From Eledone cirrhosa (Eukaryota): DNA of 64,000 nt. The notes under the pieces are model-generated. The model saw only the letters and a program-made list of their open reading frames with translations, searched no databases and had not been told where the DNA came from. Below, in pieces: positions 1-13,100 of this stretch. Location: positions 205,778,001-205,842,000 of the forward strand of contig OZ024743.1 of the NCBI GenBank assembly GCA_964016885.1, written 5' to 3'. Both the position numbers and the translations under genes were made by a program. Numbering within the stretch: the first letter of the stretch is position 1; each line of letters starts with the position of its first letter.

Positions 1-3000
1 CTCCTTGGCTGGCTGGAAATTATCTCCCCTTGGCTGGCTGGAAATTATCTCCCCCTGATATTTTTTTACAAATTAGCTCCCCCTGATTTTTTTTACAAAT
101 TATCTCCCCCTGATTTTTTTTTACAAATTATCCCCCCCTGATTTTTTTTTTTACAAATTATCTCCGCCTGATTTTTTTAAAATTATCTCCCCTTGGCTGG
201 ATGGAAATTATCTCCCCTTGGACGGCTGGAAATTATCTCCCCTTGCACGGCTGGAAATTATCTTCCCTTGGACGGCTAGAAATTACCTCTCCTTGGACGG
301 CTGAAAATTATCTCCCCTTGGACGGCTGGAAATTATCTCCCCCTGACTTTTTTTACAAATTATCTCCCCTTGCACGGCTGGAAATTATCTCCCCTTGGAC
401 GGCTGGAAATTATCTGCCCTTGATTTTGTTTTTACAAATTATCTCCCCCTGATTTTTTTTACAAATTATCTCCACCTGATATTTTAAAAAATTATCTCCC
501 CTTGGACGGCTGGAAATTATCTCCCCTTGGCTGGAAATTATCTCCCCTTGGACGGCTAGAAATTATCTCTCTTTGGACGGCTGGAAATTATCTCCCCTTG
601 ATTCTTTTTACAAATTATCTCCCCCTGATTTTTTTTACAAATCTCCCCCTAATTTAAAAAAAAATTATCTCCCCTTCGCTGGCTGGAAATTATCTCCCCT
701 TGGACGCTGAAAATTATAGCCCCTTGGAGGCTGGAAATTATCTTCCCTTGGACGGCTGGAAATTATCTCCCCTTGATTTTTTTACAAATTATCTCCCCCT
801 GATTTTTTTTTACAAATTATCTCCCCCTGATTTTTTTTTTACAAATTATCTCCCCTTGGACGGGTGGAAATTATCTCCCCTTGGACGGCTTGAAATTATC
901 TCCCCTTGGACGGCTAGAAATTACCTCTCCTTGGACGGCTGAAAATTATCTCCCCTTGATTTTTTTTACAAATTATCTCCCCCTGATTTTTTTTTTTACA
1001 AATTATCTCCCCCTGATTTTATTTTACATATTATCTACCCCTGATTTTTTTTTACAAATTATCTCCACCTGATCTTTTTTACAAATTATCTCCCCCTGAT
1101 TTTTTTTTTACAAATTATCTCCCCCTGATTTTTTTACAAATTATCTCCCCCTAATTTATTTTACAAATTATCTCCGCCTGATTTTTTTAAATATTATCTT
1201 CCCTTGGCTGGCGGGAAATAATCTCCCCTTGGACGGCTGGAAATTATCTCCCCTTGGAAGGATGGAAATTATCTTCCCTTGGACGGCTGGAAATTATCTC
1301 CCCTTGCACGGCTGGAAATTATCTCCCCTTGGACGGCTGGAAATTATCTCCCCTTGGATGGCTAGAAATTATCTCTCTATGGACGGCTGGAAATTATCTC
1401 CCCTTGATTTTTTTTACAAATTATCTCCCCCTGATTTTTTTTACAAATCTCCCAGTGATTTTTAAAAAAAAATTATCTCCCTTTCGCTGGCTGGAAATTA
1501 TCTCCCCTTGGACGCTGGAAATTATAGCCCCTTGGAGGGCTGGAAATTATCTTCCCTTGGACGGCTGGAAATTATCTCCCCTTGATTTTTTTTACATATT
1601 ATCTCCCCCTGATTTTTTTTACAACTTATCTCCGCCTGATTTTTTAAAAAAAATTATCTCCCCTTGGACGGCTGGAAATTATCTCCCCTTGGACGGCTGG
1701 AAATTATCTCTCCTTGGACGGCTAGAAATTACCTCTCCTTGGACGGCTGAAAATTATCTCCCCTTGGACGGCTGGAAATTATCTCCCCTTGATTTTTTTT
1801 ACAAATTATCTCCCCCTAATTTTTTTTACAAATTATCTCCCCCTGATTTTTTTTACAAATTATATTCCCTTGGCTGGCTGGAAATTATCTCCCCTTGGAG
1901 GCTGGAATTTATCTCCCCTTGGACGGCTAGAAATTACCTCTCCTTGGACGGCTGGAAATTATGTCTCCTTGGACGGCTGGAAATTATCTCCCCTTGGATG
2001 GCTGGAAATTATCTCCCCTTGGACGGCTGGAAATTATCTCCCCTTGATTTTGTATACAAATTATCTCCCCCTGATATTTTTTTACAAATTATCTGCCCCT
2101 GATTATTTTTTACAAATTAGCTCCGCCTGATTTTTTTTAAAAATTATCTCCCCTTGGACGGCTGGAAATTATCTCCCCTTGGACGGCTGGAAATTATCTC
2201 CCCTTGAACGGCTAGAAATTACCTGTCCTTGGACGGCTGAAAATTATCTCCCCTTGGACGGCTGGAAATTATCTCCCCTTGATTTTTTACAAATTATCTC
2301 CCCCTGATTTTTTTTACAAATTATCTCCCCCTGATTTTTTTTTACAAATTATCTACCCCTGATTTTTTTTACAAATCTCCCAGTGATTTTTTTAAAAAAA
2401 TTATCTCCCCTTCGCTGGCTGGAAATTATCTCCCCTTGGACGCTGGAAATTATAGCCCCTTGGAGGGCTGGAAGTTATCTTTCCTTGGAGGGCTGGAAAT
2501 TATCTTCCCTTGGACGGCTGGAAATTATCTCCCCTTGATTTTTTTTACAAATTATCTCCCCCTGATTTTTTTTTACAAATTATCTCCCCCTGATTTTTTT
2601 TTTACAAATTATCTCCGCCTGATTTTTTTTAAAAATTATCTCCCCTTGGACGGCTGGAAATTATCTCCCCTTGGACGGCTGGAAATTATCTCCCCTTGGA
2701 CGGCTAGAAATTACCTCTCCTTGGACGGCTTAAAATTATCTCCCCTTGATTTTTTTTTACAAATTATCTACCCCTGATTTTTTTTTACAAATTATCTACG
2801 CCTGATTTTTTTTTCCAAATTATCTCCCCCTGATTTTTTTTTACAAATTATCTCCCCCTGTTTTTTTTTACAAATTATTTCCCCCTGATTATTTTACAAA
2901 TTATCTCCGCCTGATTTTTTTAAATATTATCTTCCCTTGGCTGGCGGGAAATTATCTCCCCTTGGACGCCTGGAAATTATCTCCCCTTGGAAGGATGGAA

Positions 3001-3530
3001 ATTATCTCCCCTTGGACGGCTGGAAATTATCTCCCCTTGCACTGCTGGAAATTATCTCCCCTTGGACGGCTGGAAATTATCTCCCCTTGGCTGGAAATTA
3101 TCTCCCCTTGGACGGCTAGAAATTATCTCTCTTTGGAGGGCTGGAAATTATCTCCCCTTGATTTTTTTACAAATTATCTCCCCCTGATTTTTTTACAAAT
3201 CTCCCAGTGTTTTTTTTAAAAATTATCTCCCCTTCGCTGGCTGGAAATTATCTCCCCTTGGACGCTGGAAATTATAGCCCCTTGGAGGGCTGGAAATTAT
3301 CTTCCCTTGGACGGCTGGAAATTATCTCCCCTTGATTTTTTTTACAAATTATCTCCCCCTGATTTTTTTTTACAAATTATCTCCCCCTGATTTTTTTTTA
3401 CAAATTATCTCCCCCTGATTTTTTTTACAACTTATCTCCGCCTGATTTTTTAAAAAAAATTATCTCCCCTTGGACGGCTAGAAATTACCTCACCTTGGAC
3501 GGCTGAAAATTATCTCCCCTTGGACAGCTG

Positions 3531-5710
3531 GAAATGATCTCCCCTTGGACGGCTGGAAATTATCTCCTCTTGGACGCCTAGAAATTACCTCTCCTTGGAC
3601 AGCTGTAAATTATCTCCCCTTGGACGGCTGGAAATTATCTCGCCTTGGACGGCTGGAAATTATCTCCCCTTGATTTTGTATACAAATTATCTCCCCCTGA
3701 TTTTTTTTTACAAATTATCTGCCCCTGATTATTTTTTTACAAATTAGCTCCGCCTGATTTTTTTTTAAAATTATCTCCCCTTGGACGGCTGGAAATTATC
3801 TCCCCTTGGACGGCTGGAAATTATCTCCCCTTGAACGGCTAGAAATTACCTCTCCTTGGACGGCTGAAAATTATCTCCCCTTGGACGGCTGGAAATTATC
3901 GCCCCCTGATTTTTTTTAACAAATTATCTCCACCTGATTTTTTTTACAAATCATCTCCGCCTGATTTTTTTAAAAAATTATCTCCCTTTCGCTGGCTGGA
4001 AATTATCTCCCCTTGGACGCTGGAAATTATAGCCCCTTGGACGGCTGGAAATTATCTCCCCTTGATTTTTTTTACATATTATCTCCCCCTGATTTTTTTT
4101 TACGAATTATCTCCCCGATTTTTTTTTACAAATTATCTCCCCCTGATTTTTTTTTACAAATTATCTCCGCCTGATTTTTTTACAAAAATTATCTCCCCTT
4201 GGACGGCTGGAAATTATCTCCCCTTGAACGGCTGGAAATTATCTCCCCTTGGACGGCTGGAAATTATCTCCCCTTGGACGGCTGGAAATTATCTCCCCTT
4301 GGACGGCTGGAAATTATCTCCCCTTGGACGGCTAGAAATTACCTCTCCTTGGACGGCTGGAAATTATCTCCCCTTGGACAGCTGGAAATTATCTCCCCTT
4401 GGACGGCTGGAAATTATTTCCCCTTGATTTTTTTTTTCAAATTATCTCCCCCTGATTTTTTTTACAAATCTCCCCCTAATTTAAAAAAAATTATCTCCCC
4501 TTCGCTGGCTGGAAATTATCTCCCTTTGGACGGCTGGAAATTATAGCTGCTTGTAGGGCTAGAAATTATCTCCCCTTGGACGGCTGGAAATTATCTCCCC
4601 TTGATTTTTTTTACTAATTATCTCCCCCTGATTTTTTTTTACAAATATCTCCCCTTGGCTGCCTGGAAATTATCTCCCCTTGGCAGGCTGGAAATGATCT
4701 CCCCTTGGACGGCTGGAAATTATCTCCTCTTGGACGCCTAGAAATTACCTCTCCTTGGACAGCTGTAAATTATCTCCCCTTGGACGGCTGGAAATTATCT
4801 CGCCTTGGACGGCTGGAAATTATCTCCCCTTGATTTTGTATACAAATCATCTCCCCCTGATTTTTTTTTACAAATTATCTGCCCCTGATTATTTTTTTAC
4901 AAATTAGCTCCGCCTGATTTTTTTTTTAAATTATCTCCCCTTGGACGGCTGGAAATTATCTCCCCTTGGACGGCTGGAAATTATCTCCCCTTGAACGGCT
5001 AGAAATTACCTCTCCTTGGACGGCTGAAAATTATCTCCCCTTGGACGGCTGGAAATTATCGCCCCCTGATTTTTTTTAACAAATTATCTCCACCTGATTT
5101 TTTTTACAAATCATCTCCGCCTGATTTTTTTAAAAAATTATCTCCCTTTCGCTGGCTGGAAATTATCTCCCCTTGGACGCTGGAAATTATAGCCCCTTGG
5201 ACGGCTGGAAATTATCTCCCCTTGATTTTTTTTACATATTATCTCCCCCTGATTTTTTTTTACGAATTATCTCCCCGATTTTTTTTTACAAATTATCTCC
5301 CCCTGATATTTTTTTACAAATTATCTCCGCCTGATTTTTTTAAAAAAATTATCTCCCCTTGGACGGCTGGAAATTATCTCCCCTTGAACGGCTGGAAATT
5401 ATCTCCCCTTGGACGGCTGGAAATTATCTCCCCTTGGACGGCTGGAAATTATCTCCCCTTGGACGGCTAGAAATTACCTATCCTTGGACGGCTGGAAATT
5501 ATCTCCCCTTGGACGGCTGGAAATTATTTCCCCTTGATTTTTTTTACAAATTATCTCCCCCTGATTTTTTTTACAAATCTCCCCCTAATTTAAAAAAAAA
5601 TTATCTCCCCTTCGCTGGCTGGAAATTATCTCCCTTTGGACGGCTGGAAATTATAGCTGCTTGTAGGGCTGGAAATTATCTCCCCTTGGACGGCTGGAAA
5701 TTATCTCCCC
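3531..5710. repeat. Local ~1160-bp tandem duplication inside the 17-kb HOR (repeated at ~20647-22826)
   Basis: GAAATGATCT...TCTCCTCTTGGACGCCTAG at 3531 and 4691. ORFs 4062/5222 and 4199/5359 are offset by 1160. Confidence 0.9.
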
Positions 5711-8700
5711 TTTATGTCTTCTACAAATTATCTACCCCTGATTTTTTTTTTACAAATTATCTCCGCCTGATTTTTTTTTACAAATTATCTGCGCCTGATT
5801 TTTTTTTACAAATTAGCTACGCCTGATTTTTTAAAAAATTATCTACCCTTGGACGGCTGGAAATTATCTCCCCTTGGACGGCTGGAAATTATCTCCCCTT
5901 GGACGGCTAGAAATTATCTCTCTTTGGACGACTGGAAATTATCTCCCCTTGGACGGCTGCAAATTATCTCCCCTTGATTTTTTTTACAAATTATCTCCCC
6001 CTGATTTTTTTTACAAATTATCTCCCCCTGATTTTTTTTTACAAATTATCTCCCCCTGATTTTTTTTTACAAATTATCTCCCCCTGATTTTTTTTACAAA
6101 TTATCTCCCCCTGATTTTTTTTTACAAATTATCTCCCCCTGATTTTTTTACAAATTATCTCCCCCTGATTTTTTTAAAAATTATCTTCCCTGGGCTGGCG
6201 GGAAATTATCTCCCCTTGGACGGCTGGAAATTATCTTCCCTTGCACGGCTGGAAATTATCTCCCCTTGGACAGCTGGAAATTATCTGCCCTTGATTTTGT
6301 TTTTACAAATTATCTCCCCCTGATTTTTTTTACAAATTATCTCCACCTGATTTTTAAAAAAATTATCTCCCCTTGGACGGCTGGAAATTATCTCCCCTTG
6401 GCTGGAAATTATCTCCCCTTGGACGGCTAGAAATTATCTCTCTTTGGACGGCTGGAAATAATCTCCCTTTGATTTTTTTACAATTTATCTCCCTCTGATT
6501 TTTTTTACAAATCTCCCCCTGATTTTTTTAAAAAAATTATCTCCCCTTCGCTGGCTGGAAATTATCTCCCCTTGGACACTTGAAATTATATCCCCTTGGA
6601 GGGCTGGAAATTATCTTCCCTTGGACGGCTGGAAATTATCTCCCCTTGATTTTTTTTACAAATTATCTCCCCCTGATTTTTTTTACAAATTATCTGCCCC
6701 TGATTTTTTTTTACAAATTATCTCCGCCTGATTTTTTTTTAAATTATCTCTCCTTGGACGGCTGGAAATTATCTCCCCTTGATTTTTTTTACAAATTATC
6801 TCCCCCTGATTTTTTTTTACAAATTATCTACCCCTGATTTTTTTTTACAAATTATCTCCCCCTGATTTTTTCTACAAATTATCTCCCCCTGATTTTTTTT
6901 TTACAAATTATCTCACCCTGATTTTTTTACAAATTATCTCCCCCTGATTTTTTTTTCAAATTATCTCCGCCTGATTTTTTTAAATATTATCTTCCCTTGG
7001 CTGGCGGGAAATTATCTCCCCTTGGACGGCTGGAAATTATCTCCCCTTGGAAGGATGGAAATTATCTCCCCTTGGACGGCTGGAAATTATCTCCCCTTGC
7101 ACTGCTGGAAATTATCTCCCCTTGGACGGCTGGAAATTATCTCCCCTTGGCTGAAAATTATCTCCCCTTGGACGGCTGGAAATTATCTCTCTTTGGACGG
7201 CTGGAAATTATCTCCCCTTGATTTTTTTACAAATTATCTCCCCCTGATTTTTTTACAAATCTCCCAGTGTTTTTTTTTTTAAATTATCTCCCCTTCGCTG
7301 GCTGGAAATTATCTCCCCTTGGACGCTGGAAATTATAGCCCCTTGGAGGGCTGGAAATTATCTTCCCTTGGACGGCTGGAAATTATCTCCCCTTGATTTT
7401 TTTTACAAATTATCTCCCCCTGATTTTTTTTACAAATTATCTCCCCCTGATTTTTTTTTACAAATTATCTCCCCCTGATTTTTTTTACAACTTATCTCCG
7501 CCTGATTTTTTAAAAAAAATTATCTCCCCTTGGACGGCTAGAAATTACCTCTCCTTGGACGGCTGAAAATTATCTCCCCTTGGACGGCTGCAAATTATCT
7601 CCCCTTGATTTTTTTTACAAATTATCTCCCCCTGATTTTTTTTTACAAATTATCTCCCCCTGATTTTTTTTACAAATTATCTCCCCCTGATTTTTTTTTA
7701 CAAATTATCTCCCCCTGATTTTTTTTACAAATTATATCCCCTTGGCTGGCTGGAAATGATCTCCCCTTGGAGGCTGGAATTTATCTCCCCTTGGACGGCT
7801 AGAAATTACCTCTCCTTGGACGGCTGGAAATTATGTCTCCTTGGACGGCTAGAAATTACCTCTCCTTGGACGGCTGAAAATTATCTCCCCTTGGACGGCT
7901 GGAAATTATCTCCCCTTGATTTTTTTTACAAATTATCTCCCCCTGATTTTTTTTTACAAATTATCTCCCCCTGATTTTTTTTACAAATTATCTCCCCCTG
8001 ATTTTTTTTTACAAATTTTCTCCCCCTGATTTTTTTTACAAATTATATTCCCTTGGCTGGCTGGAAATTATCTCCCCTTGGAGGCTGGAATTTATCTCCC
8101 CTTGGACGGCTAGAAATTACCTCTCCTTGGACGGCTGGAAATTATGTCTCCTTGGACGGCTGGAAATTATCTCCCCTTGGACGGCTGGAAATTATCTCCC
8201 CTTGGACGGCTGGAAATTATCTCCCCTTGGACGGCTAGATATTACCTCTCCTTGGACGGCTGGAAATTATCTGCCCTTGGACGGCTGGAAATTATCTCCC
8301 CTTGGACGGCTGGAAATTATTTCCCCTTGATTTTTTTTACAAATTATCTCCCGCTGATTTTTTTTTACAAATCTCCACCTAATTAAAAAAAAAATTATCT
8401 CCCCTTCGCTGGCTGGAAATTATCTTGCTTTGGACGGCTGGAAATTATAGCCACTTGTAGGGCTGGAAATTATCTCCCCTTGGACGGCTGGAAATTATCT
8501 CCCCTTGATTTTTTTTACTAAGTATCTCACCCTGATTTTTTTTTACAAATTATCTCCGCCTGATTTTTAAAAAAAAATTATCTCCCCTTGGCTGGATGGA
8601 AATTATCTCCCCTTGGACGGCTGGAAATTATCTTCCCTTGATTTCTTCTACAAATTATCTACCCCTGATTTTTTTTTTACAAATTATCTCTCCCTGATTT

Positions 8701-8999
8701 TTTTTTACAAATATCTCTCCTTGGCTGGCTGGAAATTATCTCCCCTTGGCTGGCTGGAAATTATCTCCCCCTGATATTTTTTTACAAATTAGCTCCCCCT
8801 GATTTTTTTTACAAATTATCTCCCCCTGATTTTTTTCACAAATTATCTCCCCCTGATTTTTTTTACAAATTATCTCCCCTGATTTAAAAAAAAAAATTAT
8901 CTCCCCTTGGACGGCTGGAAATTATCTCCCCTTGGACGGCTGGAAATTATCGCCCCCTGATTTTTTTTTTACAAATTATCTCCACCTGATTTTTTTTAC

Positions 9000-10110
9000 A
9001 AATCATCTCAGCCTGATTTTTTTAAAATATTATCTCCCTTGGCTTGCTGGAAATTATCTCCCCTTGGACGGCTATAAATTATCTCTCCTTCGACCGCTGG
9101 AAATTATCTCCCCTTGATTTTTTTACAAATTATCTCCCCCTGATTTTTTTTTACCAATCAACCCCTGATTTAAAAACAAAAATTATCTCCCCTTCGCTGG
9201 CTGGAAATTATCTCCCCTTGGACGGCTGGAAATTATCTCCCCTTGATTTTTTTTACAAATTATCTACCCCTGATTTTTTTACAAATTATCTCCCCCTGAT
9301 TTTTTTTACAAATTATCTCCCCCTGATTTTTTTTTTTACAAATTATCTCCGCCTGATTTTTTTAAAATTATCTCCCCTTGGCTGGATGGAAATTATCTCC
9401 CCTTGGACGGCTGGAAATTATCTCCCCTTGGAAGGATGGAAATTATCTCCCCTTGGACGGCTGGAAATTATCTCCCCTTGCACGGCTGGAAATTATCTCC
9501 CCTTGGACGGCTAGAAATTACCTCTCCTTGGACGGCTGAAAATTATCTCCCCTTGGACGGCTGGAAATTATGTCCACCTGATTTTTTTTTACAAATCATC
9601 TCCGCCTGATTTTTTTAAAAACTTATCTCCCTTGGCTTGCTGGAAATTATCTCCCCTTGGACGGCTATAAATTATCTCTCCTTCGACGGCTGGAAATTAT
9701 CTCCCCTTGATTTTTTTACAAATTATCTCCCCCTGATTTTTTTTTACCAATCTACCCCTGATTTAAAAAAAAAATTATCTCTCCTTCGCTGGCTGGAAAT
9801 TATCTCCCCTTGGACGGCTGGAAATTATCTCCCCTTGATTTTTTTTACAAATTATCTACCCCTGATTTTTTTACAAATTATCTCCCCCTGATTTTTTTTT
9901 ACAAATTATCTCCCCTTGATTTTTTTTTTTTTACAAATTATCTCCGCCTGATTTTTTTTAAATTATCTCCCCTTGGCTGGATGGAAATTATCTCCCCTTG
10001 GACGGCTGGAAATTATCTCCCCTTGCACGGCTGGAAATTATCTTCCCTTGGACGGCTAGAAATTACCTCTCCTTGGACGGCTGAAAATGATCTCCCCTTG
10101 GACGGCTGGA
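9000..10110. repeat. Local ~593-bp diverged tandem duplication (also at ~26070-27180 and ~34590-35700)
   Basis: GGCTTGCTGG...GGCTATAAATTATCTCTCCTTCGAC at ~9041 and ~9634. ORFs 9044/9637, 26111/26704 and 34635/35228 are each 593 apart. Confidence 0.85.
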
Positions 10111-13100
10111 AATTATCTCCCCCTGATTTTTTTTACAAATTATCTCCCCTTGCACGGCTGGAAATTATCTCCCCTTGGACGGCTGGAAATTATCTGCCCT
10201 TGATTTTGTTTTTACAAATTATCTCCCCCTGATTTTTTTTACAAATTATCTCCACCTGATATTTTAAAAAATTATCTCCCCTTGGACGGCTGGAAATTAT
10301 CTCCCCTTGGCTGGAAATTATCTCCCCTTGGACGGCTAGAAATTATCTCTCTTTGGACGGCTGGAAATTATCTCCCCTTGATTCTTTTTACAAATTATCT
10401 CCCCCTGATTTTTTTTACAAATCTCCCAGTGATTTTTTAAAAAAAATTATCTCCCCTTCGCTGGCTGGAAATTATCTCCCCTTGGACGCTGGAAATTATA
10501 GCCCCTTGGACGCTGGAAATTATCTTCCCTTGGACGGCTGGAAATTATCTCCCCTTGATTTTTTTACAAATTATCTCCCCCTGATTTTTTTTTACAAATT
10601 ATCTCCCCCTGATTTTTTTTTTACAAATTATCTCCCCTTGGACGGGTGGAAATTATCTCCCCTTGGACGGCTTGAAATTATCTCCCCTTGGACGGCTAGA
10701 AATTACCTCTCCTTGGACGGCTGAAAATTATCTCCCCTTGATTTTTTTTACAAATTATCTCCCCCTGATTTTATTTTACATATTATCTACCCCTGATTTT
10801 TTTTTACAAATTATCTCCACCTGATCTTTTTTACAAATTATCTCCCCCTGATTTTTTTTTTACAGATTATCTCCCCCTGATTTTTTTACAAATTATCTCC
10901 CCCTGATTTTTTTTTCAATTTATCTCCGCCTGATTTTTTTAAATATTATCTTCCCTTGGCTGGCGGGAAATTATCTCCCCTTGGACGGCTGGAAATTATC
11001 TCCCCTTGGAAGGATGGAAATTATCTCCCCTTGGACGGCTGGAAATTATCTCCCCTTGCACTGCTGGAAATTATCTCCCCTTGGACGGCTGGAAATTATC
11101 TCCCCTTGGCTGGAAATTATCTCCCCTTGGACGGCTAGAAATTATCTCTCTTTGGACGGCTGGAAATTATCTCCCCTTGATTTTTTTACAAATTATCTCC
11201 CCCTGATTTTTTTTACAAATCTCCCAGTGATTTTTTTTAAAAAATTATCTCCCCTTCGCTGCCTGGAAATTATCTCCCCTTGGACGCTGGAAATTATAGC
11301 CCCTTGGAGGGCTGGAAATTATCTTCCCTTGGACGGCTGGAAATTATCTCCCCTTGATTTATTTTACAAATTATCTCCCCCTGATTTTTTTTTACAAATT
11401 ATCTCCCCCTGATTTTTTTTTACAAATTATCTCCCCCTGATTTTTTTTACAACTTATCTCCGCCTGATTTTTTAAAAAAAATTATCTCCCCTTGGACGGC
11501 TGGAAATTATCTCCCCTTGGACGGCTGGAAATTATCTCTCCTTGGACGGCTAGAAATTACCTCTCCTTGGACGGCTGAAAATTATCTCCCCTTGGACGGC
11601 TGGAAATTATCTCCCCTTGATTTTTTTTACAAATTATCTCCCCCTGATTTTTTTTTACAAATTATCTCCCCCTGATTTTTTTACAAATTATCTCCCCCTG
11701 ATTTTTTTTTACAAATTATCTCCCCCTGATTTTTTTTACAAATTATATCCCCTTGGCTGGCTGGAAATTATCTCCCCTTGGAGGCTGGAATTTATCTCCC
11801 CTTGGACGGCTAGAAATTACCTCTCCTTGGACGGCTGGAAATTATGTCTCCTTGGACGGTTGGAAATTATCTCCCCTTGGACGGCTGGAAACTATCTCCC
11901 CTTGGACGGCTGGAAATTATCTCCCCTTGGACGGCTCGATATTACCTCTCCTTGGACGGCTGGAAATTATCTGCCCTTGGACGGCTGGAAATTATCTCCC
12001 CTTGGACGGCTGGAAATTATTTCCCCTTGATTTTTTTTACAAATTATCTCCCCCTGATTTTTTTTTACAAATCTCCACCTAATTAAAAAAAAAATTATCT
12101 CCCCTTCGCTGGCTGGAAATTATCTTCCTCTGGACGGCTGGAAATTATAGCCGCTTGTAGGGCTGGAAATTATCTCCCCTTGGACGGCTGGAAATTATCT
12201 CCCCTTGATTTTTTTTACTAAGTATCTCACCCTGATTTTTTTTTACAAATTATCTCCGCCTGATTTTTAAAAAAAAATTATCTCCCCTTGGCTGGATGGA
12301 AATTATCTCCCCTTGGACGGCTGGAAATTATCTTCCCTTGATTTCTTCTACAAATTATCTACCCCTGATTTTTTTTTACAAATTATCTCTCCCTGATTTT
12401 TTTTTACAAATATCTCCCCTCCGCTGGCTGACAAATCATCTCCGCCTGATTTTTTTAAAAACTTATCTCCCTTGGCTTGCTGGAAATTATCTCCCCTTGG
12501 ACGGCTATAAATTATCTCTCCTTCGACGGCTGGAAATTATCTCCCCTTGATTTTTTTTACAAATTATCTACCCTGATTTTTTTACAAATTATCTCCCCCT
12601 GATTTTTTTTTACAAATTATCCCCCCCTGATTTTTTTTTTTACAAATTATCTCCGCCTGATTTTTTTAAAATTATCTCCCCTTGGCTGGATGGAAATTAT
12701 CTCCCCTTGGACGGCTGGAAATTATCTCCCCTTGCACGGCTGGAAATTATCTTCCCTTGGACGGCTAGAAATTACCTCTCCTTGGATGGCTGAAAATTAT
12801 CTCCCCTTGGACGGCTGGAAATTATCTCCCCCTGATTTTTTTTACAAATTATCTCCCCTTGCACGGCTGGAAATTATCTCCCCTTGGACGGCTGGAAATT
12901 ATCTGCCCTTGATTTTGTTTTTACAAATTATCTCCCCCTGATTTTTTTTACAAATTATCTCCACCTGATATTTTAAAAAATTATCTCCCCTTGGACGGCT
13001 GGAAATTATCTCCCCTTGGCTGGAAATTATCTCCCCTTGGACGGCTAGAAATTATCTCTCTTTGGACGGCTGGAAATTATCTCCCCTTGATTCTTTTTAC

